From Reclinomonas americana ATCC 50394 (lineage: Eukaryota), in assembly GCA_048213135.1 (NCBI GenBank), contig PS015298.1, positions 71,761 through 117,313 of the forward strand: a stretch of DNA of 45,553 nt, read 5' to 3'. Under the pieces are notes generated by a model. It searched no databases, had not been told where the DNA came from, and worked only from the letters and a program-made list of their open reading frames with translations. Positions 34,392 to 45,553 of this stretch are shown piece after piece (positions within the stretch are counted from its first letter, which is position 1; the number at the start of each line of letters is the position of its first letter). The translations under genes were made by a program, and so were the position numbers.

Positions 34392-37300
34392 ATGCAGTCA
34401 GATCTGTCTTCCGTGGCAGTGCCTCCCTACGAGGACTACCAGCCTCCACCTCCTCCTCCACCACCACCACCACCACCACCTCCACAACAACAATCATCAT
34501 CATCATCGTCCGACTCCTCCTCCTCCTCACAATCCACCATCATCGTCGCCTCCTCGGCCGACACTGGCGGTGACGCCACGACAACCACCATTGTCGCCAG
34601 TGGAATTGTCGCGGCGGGTGCAGGCGGGCCTCCTCCACCTCCACCTCCGCCTCCGCCTCCGCCTCCACCGCCTCCGCCACCGCCGCTGATCACTGGTGAC
34701 TCGGCGTCCATGGCCTCCGCAGCAACGCCTTACCCGTTCAATGATATGTCGGTGCGTACGTGAAAGTGTGTGAGAGTGTTTGCGTCACTTTTTTTGGCGC
34801 GTGAATTTTTTGTGCGGTGGCTCTGTTGTGCGCGCGTGTGTGTGTGTTGCGTGTGTGCGCGCGTTTTGTTTGTTTTTTTCGCGTCGTGCGCGCGCGTGTG
34901 TGTGTGTGTGTCTTTGTGTGTGTTGCGCGCGTTGCAAATTTCGACGATGAATTTTGTGGTTGAATGCACGTGCTCTGCACTTTGGTGTCATGTGCATGTG
35001 TGTGTGCGCGCGTGTGTGTATGCGTGTGTGTGTTGTGTCTGTGTGTAATTTGATTGTGTGATTTCGCTCCATTTCCATGTGGAAGCATTTGTGGCTCATT
35101 GTGTGCGCGTCTGTGTGTGTGTGCAGTTCATGCCATCGCAAGGAGGTGCGTTTTACATAAGCCGGCTTACACTTCCACAAAAGAGCCTCATATTCTTGAT
35201 GCAGGGTACCCGTTCATGTCGCCGGGTGCTTTCCCTGGTGGCGATGGTGCGTGCGGACTTGTCTTCTATCTGCTCCTTTTTGTGGTGTTGACTGGCGTGT
35301 GGCGCAGTGATGGTGCCGCCACCGGAGAGCGCGGATACGGGAGACAGCGGTTCGTCGGGCGATGATCGCCTGTGGGTTGTGCGGACACGAGTTGCGGCGT
35401 TGGTCGTGCGCCGTCTCTTGGCTCTTGGCTCGTATTCATGCCCCTTTTTTTTTTGCGAGCAGCAAGAGGGAGTGCTGCCGTCGCACTTCCGCTTCGAGTT
35501 TGGCTCTGTGCGCGACTCGCGACGCGGCGGCATCGACGAGCATCTGTACAAGCCGCGGCATTATGTGCTGAAGGTTGTGAGATTCATTTTCCCTTTTGTC
35601 TGTTGGTCCATGGCGCTGATGTGTGCGAGGCAGTTGGAGCTGTTGCCGCCGCTCACCATGTACCGGTTGCGTGCGCGTGTGCTGCTGCTGGAGGCGGAGA
35701 CCGGTCTGCCGGTGGCCATGTACGGTGGCAAGAATAACACGGGACCGACCACCAATGGTCTGGATTACAAGTCCAAGTTGCGCGTGGGGGAAAGGGGAGG
35801 GATGAGAGGGAGAGAGGGGAGGAGGAGGGGGAGGCGATGGGCTCTCTCTTGCTGTGTGTGTCTTTGAGAGAGAGAGAGAGAGAGAGAGAGAGTGCGAGGA
35901 GAGTGGGAAACGGGAAAGATGGCGCAGATGTGTTTGTGTGCGTCTGTGAGTTAGAGTGAGAGTGAGAGGGGATGATAAAACGGGAGCGAGGGAGCAGATG
36001 TGTGTGTATGTGTTCTTGTGTTCTGCCGAGAGAGTGGGAGAGTTGAGAGGAGATGAGAAAACGGAAATGCGGAGCACATTTGTGTGTTTTGTATCGCTGA
36101 GGGTGAATACAGGAACAAAGAGCAATTTGCGTGTGTATGTTTTTGTGTGCCTGCGCTCGTGTGGATACGCGCCGCTGTGATTGTTTCACATTGGACGCTT
36201 GTGTGAGAGGAGAAAGGGAAGGAGAGGCACGATGTTTTTGTGATTTTGTTTCACTGATATTTGTGTGTGCGCGTTTGTGTGAGCGAGAATGGGATTTTGG
36301 TTTCACAGACCATGAGCTGCCTCCTTTGTCTGTCTCTCCAACATCCCTTCTCATCTTCGCCGCCGCGCCACGCAGTCCCGAATTTGTCGAAATGGAAGCA
36401 AGGCCACCACACATGCCCAACATGCTGTCGGCCGAGGTGCGAATCCGTTTCGTCCTGCACAGCAATAATTATCACAAGCTGCGGGCGCGTAAGACCCCGC
36501 AACTGCGCAATCTGCCACCAGCGTAAGTCGTCTTCATCCGTCCCGTTTCTTCTTTTCTTGTGTTATTCGTGTGTCCTAATTTTATATGTTGTCTGCAGCA
36601 ATGCTCCGCGGTTCCGCCTGCGCGTGTGCTTCCATGTGGCGCTCCCCGACGGCTCCATGAATGAGCAGCCGTTGGTGACGTGCGACTCGCCCGACTTTGA
36701 CATTTCTGCGCGTGTCGACAGTTGCGTTTGTTGGTACTTGTTCATGATTTAGAGTGTTCCTCGTCATCTTACTTGCGCATTTGCAGCCAATGAACATCCC
36801 GTGTACGTCACGAAGAGCGAGAAGAAGAAGGAGGGCGGTCCGCCGACGCCGAAAGAGGTGAGTCGTGTCGTCGCTCGTTCTTTGCCGCTCTCTGTCGTTG
36901 TTGCATGCACATCTCTGTCTGGTCTCTATCCATAGCCGCCATTATCTTGTTGATGAAGAGCGACGTGAAGTCATTCGCTCTCTTTGCCCTCTCCTCTCAC
37001 TCTCATTGCTTCACGCAGCTTTCCTCTCCTCCTATTATGAGCGACATGAAGTCCTTCGCTCTCGTTTCTAGATCCCAGTCTCCTCTCCTCTCTCGTTTCT
37101 TTTCTCCTTTTCTCCTTTGATGACCGACGTGAAGTCATTCATTCTCACTTTCTTTCCCCTTATCTCCCTCCAACGTTCCCTCTCGCCTCTCTTCCTTTTC
37201 TCTCTCACACTTTCTCTTTCCCCCTCTCTCATTCCCCTTCCCCCTTCCTCCTTCTCCTCCCCCTACCCTCTCATTTTTCTCACTTCCATTCCCCCTTTTC

Positions 37301-38294
37301 CCCCTTTCTCCCCTTTTCTCCCCCCCCTGCTCCCTTTCCACCACGCAGAGCTCCGGCAGCTCCTCCCGCCCCTGCCAGGTGCTGGTCACGCACGACGAAC
37401 CCATGCCCATCGTCCTCGACGACGTGGTGTCACTGCCGCCACCGCCGCCGCCACCGCAGCCGCGGTTCTTCCCGGGTTCCGGCGCGCTGCCGCACAGCCA
37501 CAGTGCTCCGATGATGCCTGGCGTCGAGGGCCTCGGCTCGCCGTCGTCGTCGTCGGCGTCGGATATGATCGTCTCGAGCCTGCTGGCGTCGGGCGGTCCC
37601 CCCGACCCCGAGATGATCCAGCTGTTGAGCTTCTGGCGCAACCCGTTGCTCTTTACGAGCGAGCAGCGTCTGGCGGTGGTGCGCAGTTTCATTTCGCGCT
37701 TTGCCATGTGTCCTGGTGAGTCGTGTGGTGTTGTGGTGCCACGATCAGGCAGCATCTCGTGCTAAACTTCACTGCGCGCAGCGTCGGAACATCCCGCGGT
37801 AGCCAATACCGTGACGGCCATGTTGCTGCAAATGGGCCCGGAGTCCATTTGTGCGTCGTCCTCCCTTCTCATTCCTTTGTGTTCGCGGTGCTGTGTCTGA
37901 TTATTCTCTTTGTTTGTGTGTTGAGCAGCCGCAGGCTTCCAGTCTTCGCCCTCTGTTCATCGATCCCCGTACGAGACGGATCAGAGGTTCTCCGCCCTTC
38001 GTTGTTTTTTCCCCAAGAAACGTCGCTCTGTGCCGTTGCTGACTCTCTGTTGTTTCCGCTGCAGGAAACGTGCTCGTGATACGTCGGCCGCATCCGACGA
38101 TGAGGATGTCGACTCGGGTCGTTGCGTCGCTCTCGTAATCTGCCGTCCACTGTGTGTTTGTTTGCCACGACTTACCTCTCTTGCCACCAATAATAGTCCA
38201 TCCACCTCGCAAGCGAAATCGCAATCGCAGCAGCGACGATGGCGACGACGATGATGACGACGATGACGATGATGATGACGACGATGACCAATAG
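34392..38294 (+). CDS. Putative transcription factor, paralog B, with basic NLS-like motifs and acidic tail
   Basis: ATG 34392; poly-P; FRFEFGSVR...LYKPRHYVLK|LEL...RLRARVLLLEAET...RIRFVLHSNNY...PRFRLRVCFH...DSPDFDISAR; LLSFWRNPLLF...RLAVVRSFISR; RKRARD, PPRKRNR, poly-D, TAG 38292-38294. Confidence 0.65.
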
Positions 38295-38546
38295 TTCCCC
38301 CTTGTCTTGTTGCTTTCTTTCTCATTCTTCAATCCTCTCTATGTTTCTGCTTGCTTGCTCTCTCTCTTTTTATCGCTCATTCTGTCGCTCGCCATTCTCT
38401 AACACAAGTGAAAAGACGTTCGTATTGGTGGTTGTGTCTATACATTTTGTGTTGCCGCGCAAGAAAAGAAAGGCAGTCGGCTGTGGAGTTGATTGGTGCA
38501 CTCACACGCGCCGGCGACGATGATGATTGAGACAGGAGGAGACCCA

Positions 38547-41181
38547 TCAGCGGACGAGTTCGGCCATCATGGCGTCCATCTGTGCACGCAGTGCCGCCAG
38601 TTGGTCGAGGGCCTCCTGCTTGGCGCCGGCATCGAGAGTCTTGACGGAATCCGGCCGTGCCGAGTCCAGCATGAGGCCGTTGGACAGGTGGAAGGCAATC
38701 GATTGGTCGGCGGCGTGAACCACTGTCGAGTTCATGCCGGCCATGGGCGTGGCCATTTCGAAGCGCTGCATCACGTTGCTCGTGTTTAGTCTCTCAACAT
38801 TAATCGCAAGGCAATTGCGGCGCAAGAGGCGAAATACGCACGATTGACGCGTCGGCCTGGCGTGGAGTGCGCAAGTTGGAGAATGGTACACGCGCACCAG
38901 TGCGACCTGGTGTTCCACGGGCGCCGGGCGTCACCGGCCGTGCAGGAGTGCGGATGCTCTCCATGTACTTGAGTGTCTCCTGTGGTTTCGTGGGCACGCA
39001 ATGTGAGGTGGGGATGGATGGAAAAAGGAGAATGCCGACGAACCTTGCGAGTGTTTTCCTTGTCCTTGGCCTCGGCCGTCTTGAACGATCCGCCGTACTC
39101 GTGCAACAACGTGCTCACTGGCATCTTGCGAATCGCCAGTGGCATCTGTTGATGGTTTCGCGGACAGGTGAGTGCATGACACTTCGCTAGTGAAAATAAC
39201 AGAGATCCTTGACCCTTGATACTGACCTTGGCCAACTGGACCGAGAACTCGTTCTTCAGCTGGAACTCCAGGGCCTTGCCACGTGCCCGAATCTGCTGGC
39301 AGCGGCTCTCCACCTCAATGTCCAGCTCTTCAATCATGGTGTGCACACGGCTGCTGTCGAGCCGCTTCGTCAACTTTGGCTCGGGAGGTGGTGGTGGCGC
39401 AGCGGTGTTGTTGGTGCTGTTACCCGCATCCTTTTTGGCCGCAGTCTTGCCCCTCTTTCCACGCTTGCCTCCACGCTTGCCTTGTTCCTCCTCCTCATCC
39501 TCCTCGACGACCGTCGGAGCGGCCGGCGCATCCACTTGCATCGGCACAGATGCCGGCTGTGGAGGAGATGCAGGCGCCACCGGCTCGGGAGCCAAGTGCG
39601 CAGCAGCAGCCTTGCGTGCCGCTGCAGGCCTGCGTGCGGCGGCTGTCTTGCCGGCCTTGCCTTTGGCGGCTTTGGGAGCCGGCGGTTCCTCGTCCGGCAA
39701 CATGTCCAGCGACACATCATCCAGGTCAATGGCCGTGGCCGCTGCGGCCGCCTTGGTTGCCGGATGCATTTCGGGCTTGGCTGACGGCGGTGCACTGGCC
39801 ATCAAGCTGGCGGAGCTGTCCTCTGCAATGCTCACGCCAAGCGGTACCTCCAGGTTGAACGAGATGCACGAGTTGGAGGCCTCGCCGACAGACTCGGGCA
39901 GCGCTGACACTACGAGAGGTTGAGCGTCAGCAATGAGAGACCACCGTGTGTGCTGTGTTTCTCCTCACCTTCCACTGATGTTTCGCTCTCGGAATCAGCG
40001 TGGTTGCGTGCCGCACGTGTCCTTGTTGCGCGTGCGCTGTTGTGTTAAAAAGAAGTAGTGAGCGCGCGGTGTGAACAGCAGAGCGTCTCTAGTCAATACG
40101 CACGGGGCAGCGGCTGTCGCGCGCGTGGTTCGAGTGGCACGGCCTGCGGCTGCTGCTGTCGTTGTCGTCTTCTTTCCACGCTTGCCTCCTCGCCGACGTG
40201 GCCCTGCATCCTCCTCTTCCTCCTCCTCATCATCGTCATCGTGCTCCCGTTCGGCGGTCTCGTTGGCGCCGACCGACTGGTCGACGTGCATGGACTCGCT
40301 CTGCAACACAGCGTGAGGGACTAAATAGGAGTCACAACTGCGCGTTGTAGGTGCACACACCTCGTTGAGGCTAATGATGCTGGCGGTCTCGGAGCTGTCC
40401 GCGGCGTACTCTGTGCGCAGTCACGTGAGCTCCGTGGCGCAGCACAGACTGATTGATTGCCTCCCTCTCGCTCGCTCGCTCACCATCGTGCTCATCCTCC
40501 TCCTTCTTTCGCCGCGTATTCCTCTTTGCTGCAGTGTTCGTCGTCGTTGTCGCCGTGCGAGCGGCGGCTGTGCGCGCACGCTTCTTGGGCGGCGGTGACG
40601 CCTCATCTGCACAGGAAGAGAGAAAGAGGCATGGGTTGAGGAGTGGCCGAGCATGCATCCTAATAATACACACGCGCATACCAGCAAACGAGAACGCATC
40701 GCTGTCCTCCTCATCACTGGCAGCAGCAGCGGCTGACTTGGCAGTGGTGCGACGACCAGCAGCCGCACGCGCAGGCGCCTTCTTACCCGCCTTGCCACCC
40801 TTACGAGCAACAGCGCGCGCACGAGGCTTCTCCTCTTCCTCCTCTGCCTCCTCCTCCTCTGCTTCGTCATCCTCAGAGTCATCACTGCTGCTGTCGCTCT
40901 CCATGGCCGTCGACTCCTCTTCTTCTTCTTCTTCGTCGTTGTCCTCGGTGAGGTCCGGGTCCCCACGGCGTCCACGCGCGGCACTGCGAGTGGCGCGTGC
41001 GGGTGCTGCGCGCGCACTGGAGGTCGCCGACTTGGCAGCGTTGCGCGTGCGACGAGCTGGAGCAGTCACTTGGCTCTCCTCAGTCATCGACAGCATCCAC
41101 GAGTGTGTCGAGGAGGTGTCGCTCTCGGCGTCTTGCTGAGCGCTGCATGAGGTGGAAGGGGAGAAGCGTGGGTGAGGGGGA

Positions 41182-41223
<42 letters not shown>

Positions 41224-41316
41224 CAACACACACCTGCTGTCAATGGTGGCATCAGTCGCGCTCATTTCGTCACTGGTGCGCTTGCGCGCTCGTGCGCGTG
41301 TCACTCGTGGTGGCAT
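38547..41316 (-). CDS. Borealin/Nbl1-like chromosomal passenger complex subunit with a very long disordered N-terminus
   Basis: ATG 41316; MIEELDIEVESRCQQIRARGKALEFQLKNEFSVQLAK|MPLAIRKMPVSTLLHEYGG fits the Nbl1/Borealin N-terminal helix pattern; TP-rich segment; C-terminal helix EALDQLAALRAQMD. Confidence 0.7.
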
Positions 41317-41444
41317 GGCGTGTCTTTTGTCTCTTTCTGTTCTGCTTCTTCTTGGGAGAGTGTTGTGTTTTCTCCAGTCGAGTTGAATTTGGATTGCAAC
41401 GGTCATTCATGCAGGACAAGATTGATGTAAGACGTTTTGAGGAA

Positions 41445-41700
41445 CGCGATGAGGCCTTGAGTCTGCAGAGACCTGAGGAGTGCCTGTCGAAGGTGCGCGG
41501 ACTGGAGCAAGACGCGCAATGAAAAAACAACAAAGGATTTGTCAAGCATATTTTTGTCGCGACGTCGCCACTCTCAGAGCCTGCGCTGCGATTCAATGAG
41601 GCCTTGAGTCTGCAGAGAGTTGGGAGGCCACTGTCGAAGATACTTGGACTGGAGGCAGACGCGCAACGAAAAAGAACAACAGACAGATTTGTCAGCCACC
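41445..41700. repeat. Diverged ~150-bp direct duplication
   Basis: ATGAGGCCTTGAGTCTGCAGAGA...CTGTCGAAG...GGACTGGAG...GACGCGCAA...GATTTGTCA at ~41449-41543 and ~41597-41694. Confidence 0.8.
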
Positions 41701-41854
41701 TCTTGATATCGCAGCTCTCCAAGAAACTCTCCTGCGGGTATTGAGTTGGCAGAGAGCTGGGGAGCAACTGCTGGAACTACTTGGACTGGGGCACATAGTT
41801 CTCCATGCTGCACATGAGACTCCGCTGCAATTAAATATGTGCTTTACTTGGTGG

Positions 41855-44800
41855 TTAGCAAGTATTCCACGTCGCTGCGCGCCGGAAGCAGTCAGAAACG
41901 TGATAGAAACTCGCAACTGCTCCCCCCACAAAAACGCAAACGAAGAACCTCAAGCGTTTGCCAAGAGCTGGCGGCAGCGGAGGCAGTGGTGAACCGGCGG
42001 CTGTTGCCACAAAGCGTCGCAACAGCTGAACAGCCTCCGACGCAATATCGTGCAGTGCATTGGTTCGCGCGGCGTTCCACTTGGCGTCGGGGGAGCCGGG
42101 TTCGAGAATGACGGAGCGGAACTGCAGGCGGTCCATCACGTCGACGGCGTTTTCGGCCACGACAAGAGTGGAGGTGTGGGACTGCAACAAGGAAAAGAGT
42201 GGAGAGAGGGTGGGGAAGGGGAAGGGTGAGGGAGAAAGGTGTGTGCGTGTTTGTACGTGCGAGGATGCAGCACCTTGGTTTCCTCGGGACCGAGGGTCAG
42301 TGCCTGCGACCAGAAGGGAGAACAGTGAGATGGGACTCACGGGAACAGGCACCGTTGCACGCACCGATGAGCACTGATCTAGGGCGTTTTCAAAGGCGGC
42401 CGAGTTGGTGTAGCAGCTCGCCAGGTGGTTGTGCAGCTGAATCAAGGCCGGTATCCGTTGCTCGACGATAGCAGCGTCGGTTGAGTCGGCGAGGTGGCGC
42501 AGGTGGGCAAGGGACTGGGTGAAGAAGGGGAAAGGGCAAGGGGTAAGGGCAGAGGAAGCAGCGAGAAAAAGAATGGAGAGGGAAAGAGATGAAAAGGGAG
42601 GGGAAACGAGGGGACAAGAGAGAGAGAGAAGCAGTATGGAGGAAAAGGATGAAAAGGCAGCAAAGGAAGAGAGAAGGACATGAGGAAGAAAGAGCAAGTT
42701 GAGAGAAAGAAGGGAGAATGGAGATAAGAGTGTGAAGAAGTCAGTAGGGGGGAAGGGAGGGCAAGGAAGAGACGAAGAATGAGAGAAAATGTAATAATAG
42801 CCAGGGAGACAAGGGCAACGGAGAAGCAGAGAGAGAGGAGAAAGGGGCACACGAGGTAAAAAGAGCGCATTCTCACCTTGTTGAACAAATCCAATGCCTC
42901 AAGAACTTGTTTCCTTCGCAGATGGTCGGCGCCACGACTGCCCGCAGAAAATGTCAGTCTGAAAGAAGCACAACACATGCCCGAGACGAAGAAGAGTGCA
43001 CCTTTGAAGCTCCTTGGCGCGTGACAAAATGTCGGCGTCACTCTGCGCATCACCAACGTGTCATCATTAAGCAACCACCTCAGCGAGACCCTCCACGACA
43101 ACCAACCTGCGTCACATCCACTGAGGCCTCGGCGGGCGGAATCTGACTCCTCATCCGTTCCACCAGCTCGCGAGCCTCCAGCCGCTGTCCGCGCTTGTAG
43201 AGGTTGGCGGCCAGGTTTTCGACGGCCGCCAGTGTGTCGGGGTGCGTGGGACCCAGCAGGCGTTCCCGACCGAGAAGTGACTCGCGGAACAACGCATCGG
43301 CCTCGTCACACTTGCCAATGTATGACAGACACGTGGCGAGGTGCGACATGGAGGCGAGGCTGTCGAGGTGCAGCGGACCGAGCACCTGTCTCCGCATCTC
43401 GCAACACCGGCGAAGCAAGTCGGCGGCCTGGTGCAACCGTTCCTGGCGGAACAGGCAGATGCCGAGGGTGCTGAGAGTGGCCAGCGTGTCGCTGTGCGCC
43501 TCGCCAAGCGCCTTCTGCTGCATGGCCAGACATTCGAGAGCCATCTTCTCCTGCTCCTTGCGCCGCCCCTGCTTGCCGAGGCACACACTGAGGTTGAAGA
43601 GTGAGCGCAGGGTGTCGGGATGCTTCTCGCCGAGAGAGCGAGTCTGCAGATCGAGACACTCGCGCGTCAGGCGCTCTTGCAGCTCACGATCGCCCAGTTC
43701 GCCAACACAAGGCTGTATACATAAAAACATCGAATGAGTGACCACAGCCGTAAAAAGTCAACCACCCTGCGCAGGAGGAAGAATTGCTTTCTCCCCACCA
43801 AGGTCTCTGCCTCCTTCCATCATCAGTAGAAAGACATAAAAGAGAGAGAGAGAGAAAATGACAGAGAAAGAGAAAGAGAGAGCGAGAGGCTGACAACAAC
43901 ACTCATTTCTTTCTACACTTGCACGCGGCACGCAACTCCCAAATTAGTCATCGTGGTCAGCGTGCCGGGATGGTAGTTGCCGAGCACCTCTCTCCTCGCC
44001 TGCAGACATCGCCGTAATAGGCGCTCCTCACGCACCAACAAGCCGGCCTGGCCCCAACAGTACGCCTCCTGGTGCAGCGCAAGCAGCGAGTCCTCTGTCT
44101 CGCGACGCGTCGATGCACTCTCCTCATCGTCGACACCCCACAGTTCCATGTGGTGCACTTGATGCCAGGCACGCGCCGCGTGCTCCCAGTCCCTCCGTAA
44201 CTGCTGCACGCGAGCCACACACTTCAGGCGCCACACACGCTCTGCGCCCTCCGCCTCGCCCGCCTTGCCGTCGCGATGATCGATGCGCGCCAGCACTCGA
44301 TTGCAGCCGTTCACCAAGTCAAAGGCACACGTGGCCACCGTGCCCGTGTCCACCAACGTCGCCAGCTCGAGGAGACCCTTCAGCGTCAACAACGGCGTGT
44401 ACTGGCCCGCTTGTGCTGACCACAGTCCGTCGTCCTCACACAGCGCCTGCCACAGCAGGCCCATGGGCGTCAGTAGACTCTGCGCGGCCTCCAGTTGGCG
44501 ATTCCGGTCGCGACCACCCAGCGAGCCGACCAGCGCGCACATGAGACGCATGAGTGAGCGACGAGTGAGGGCGTACGGCTTGCCCTTGCGCCAGGCCCGC
44601 AGCCACTCCACAGCCAGCGGGTGCGCGCGGTAGTGCAAGGAGGACTTGCCGGGGCGCGGTGGCAACAGCAGCACGTGCTCAATCACATTGCCGCCACTCT
44701 GCGCATCGGCGCGCAACATGCCTGTGGCCACCAGCGACTCGAGAGCAACTTGGAAGGGTCCGTCGATGCGATGCCAGGTGCCGCTGTCCAATTCCAGCGT

Positions 44801-44996
44801 CGTTGGCGTCGCCGCAATGTCACTGCCGACATCAACTGAAGATGCCGACGATGTGTCGACTTGCAGGCCACTGCTGTGGCCGCCGCCGCTGCTGGCCGCC
44901 GAGATTGTGCTCATGGCCGGTGATGAGGGTGTCATTTCGACGTCGGCCGGCAGGTGGTACGCCACGACGGCTTGCTTGCGGCGGAGCATTTCGGAG
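41855..44996 (-). CDS. TPR-repeat protein (kinesin-light-chain/TPR_12-type repeats) preceded by a winged-helix-like segment; 5' part lies outside the window
   Basis: Repeats RREVLGNYHPGTLTTMTNLG, LGEKHPDTLRSLFNL, LGEAHSDTLATLSTL, LGPLHLDSLASMSHL, LGPTHPDTLAAVENL; acceptor at 44999-44997 preceded by a CT-rich intron running to the window end. 3' exon structure and stop are uncertain. Confidence 0.8.
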
Positions 44997-45364
44997 CTGC
45001 GGCGGGTAGGGGAAGGGGGAAAAAGGGGAAGGGGGTGACGGGGAAGGGGGTGAGGGGGTGAGGGAAGGGGGAAGGGAGGAAGGGGGGAGGGTGGAGGGAC
45101 GAGAAGTGAGGGAAGGGGGATGAGAAGACGAAGGGGAAGGGAATGGCAAGGGATAGCCAAGGGAAAGGGGTGAAAGGGGCAGGGAATGAGGAAGGAGAAG
45201 AGAAACGGAATGGAAGTGAGAGAAGGAAAGGGAGGCGAGGTGGAACGAGAAAGAAATAGGGGCGAGTAGGGAGATGAGATAAGGGCAAAAGAGAAGTGAC
45301 TGCAAAGTTGCGGAAGAAGCAGAGTCGACAGAAAATGCGAAACCACTGGACGTGAATGGCACAG

Positions 45365-45401
<37 letters not shown>

Positions 45402-45553
45402 GAGAGAGAGAGAGAGAGAGAAGAAAGAAGAGAGAGAGAGAGAAGAAGTAGGTAAGGAAGAGAGAGAGAGAGAGAGAAGAAGAAGAAGAACGAACGAAGA
45501 ATAGAGACGAAGAAGAGAGAATAATAGTAGAACGAACGAAAGGAAGGAAGGAA

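Overview
Eukaryotic, GC-rich, intron-dense draft sequence (unicellular-eukaryote-like; short ~60-80 nt spliceosomal introns, long GA/CT/GT microsatellite introns, many N gaps), so the ORF track only shows exon fragments; gene models below were spliced by hand. Content: an ASCC3/Slh1 double-cassette Ski2-like helicase (+; what looks like its N-terminal exon sits on the opposite strand in the first contig), a RhoGAP/coiled-coil unit that may be spliced in frame onto the helicase, a TerD-domain/LRR fusion gene (-), then a cluster of two paralogous putative beta-sandwich transcription factors flanking a head-to-head pair of VWA-FN3-IFI44-like GTPase genes (one intact, one with degenerate G1 and G4 motifs), a Borealin-like gene (-) and the 3' part of a winged-helix/TPR (possibly STAND/NLR-like) gene (-). 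Main signals: (1) a frequent second class of 5' splice site, GTTGCG, almost always after a non-G exon base; (2) the paired active/pseudo IFI44-like GTPase locus; (3) the candidate ASCC3-RhoGAP read-through.
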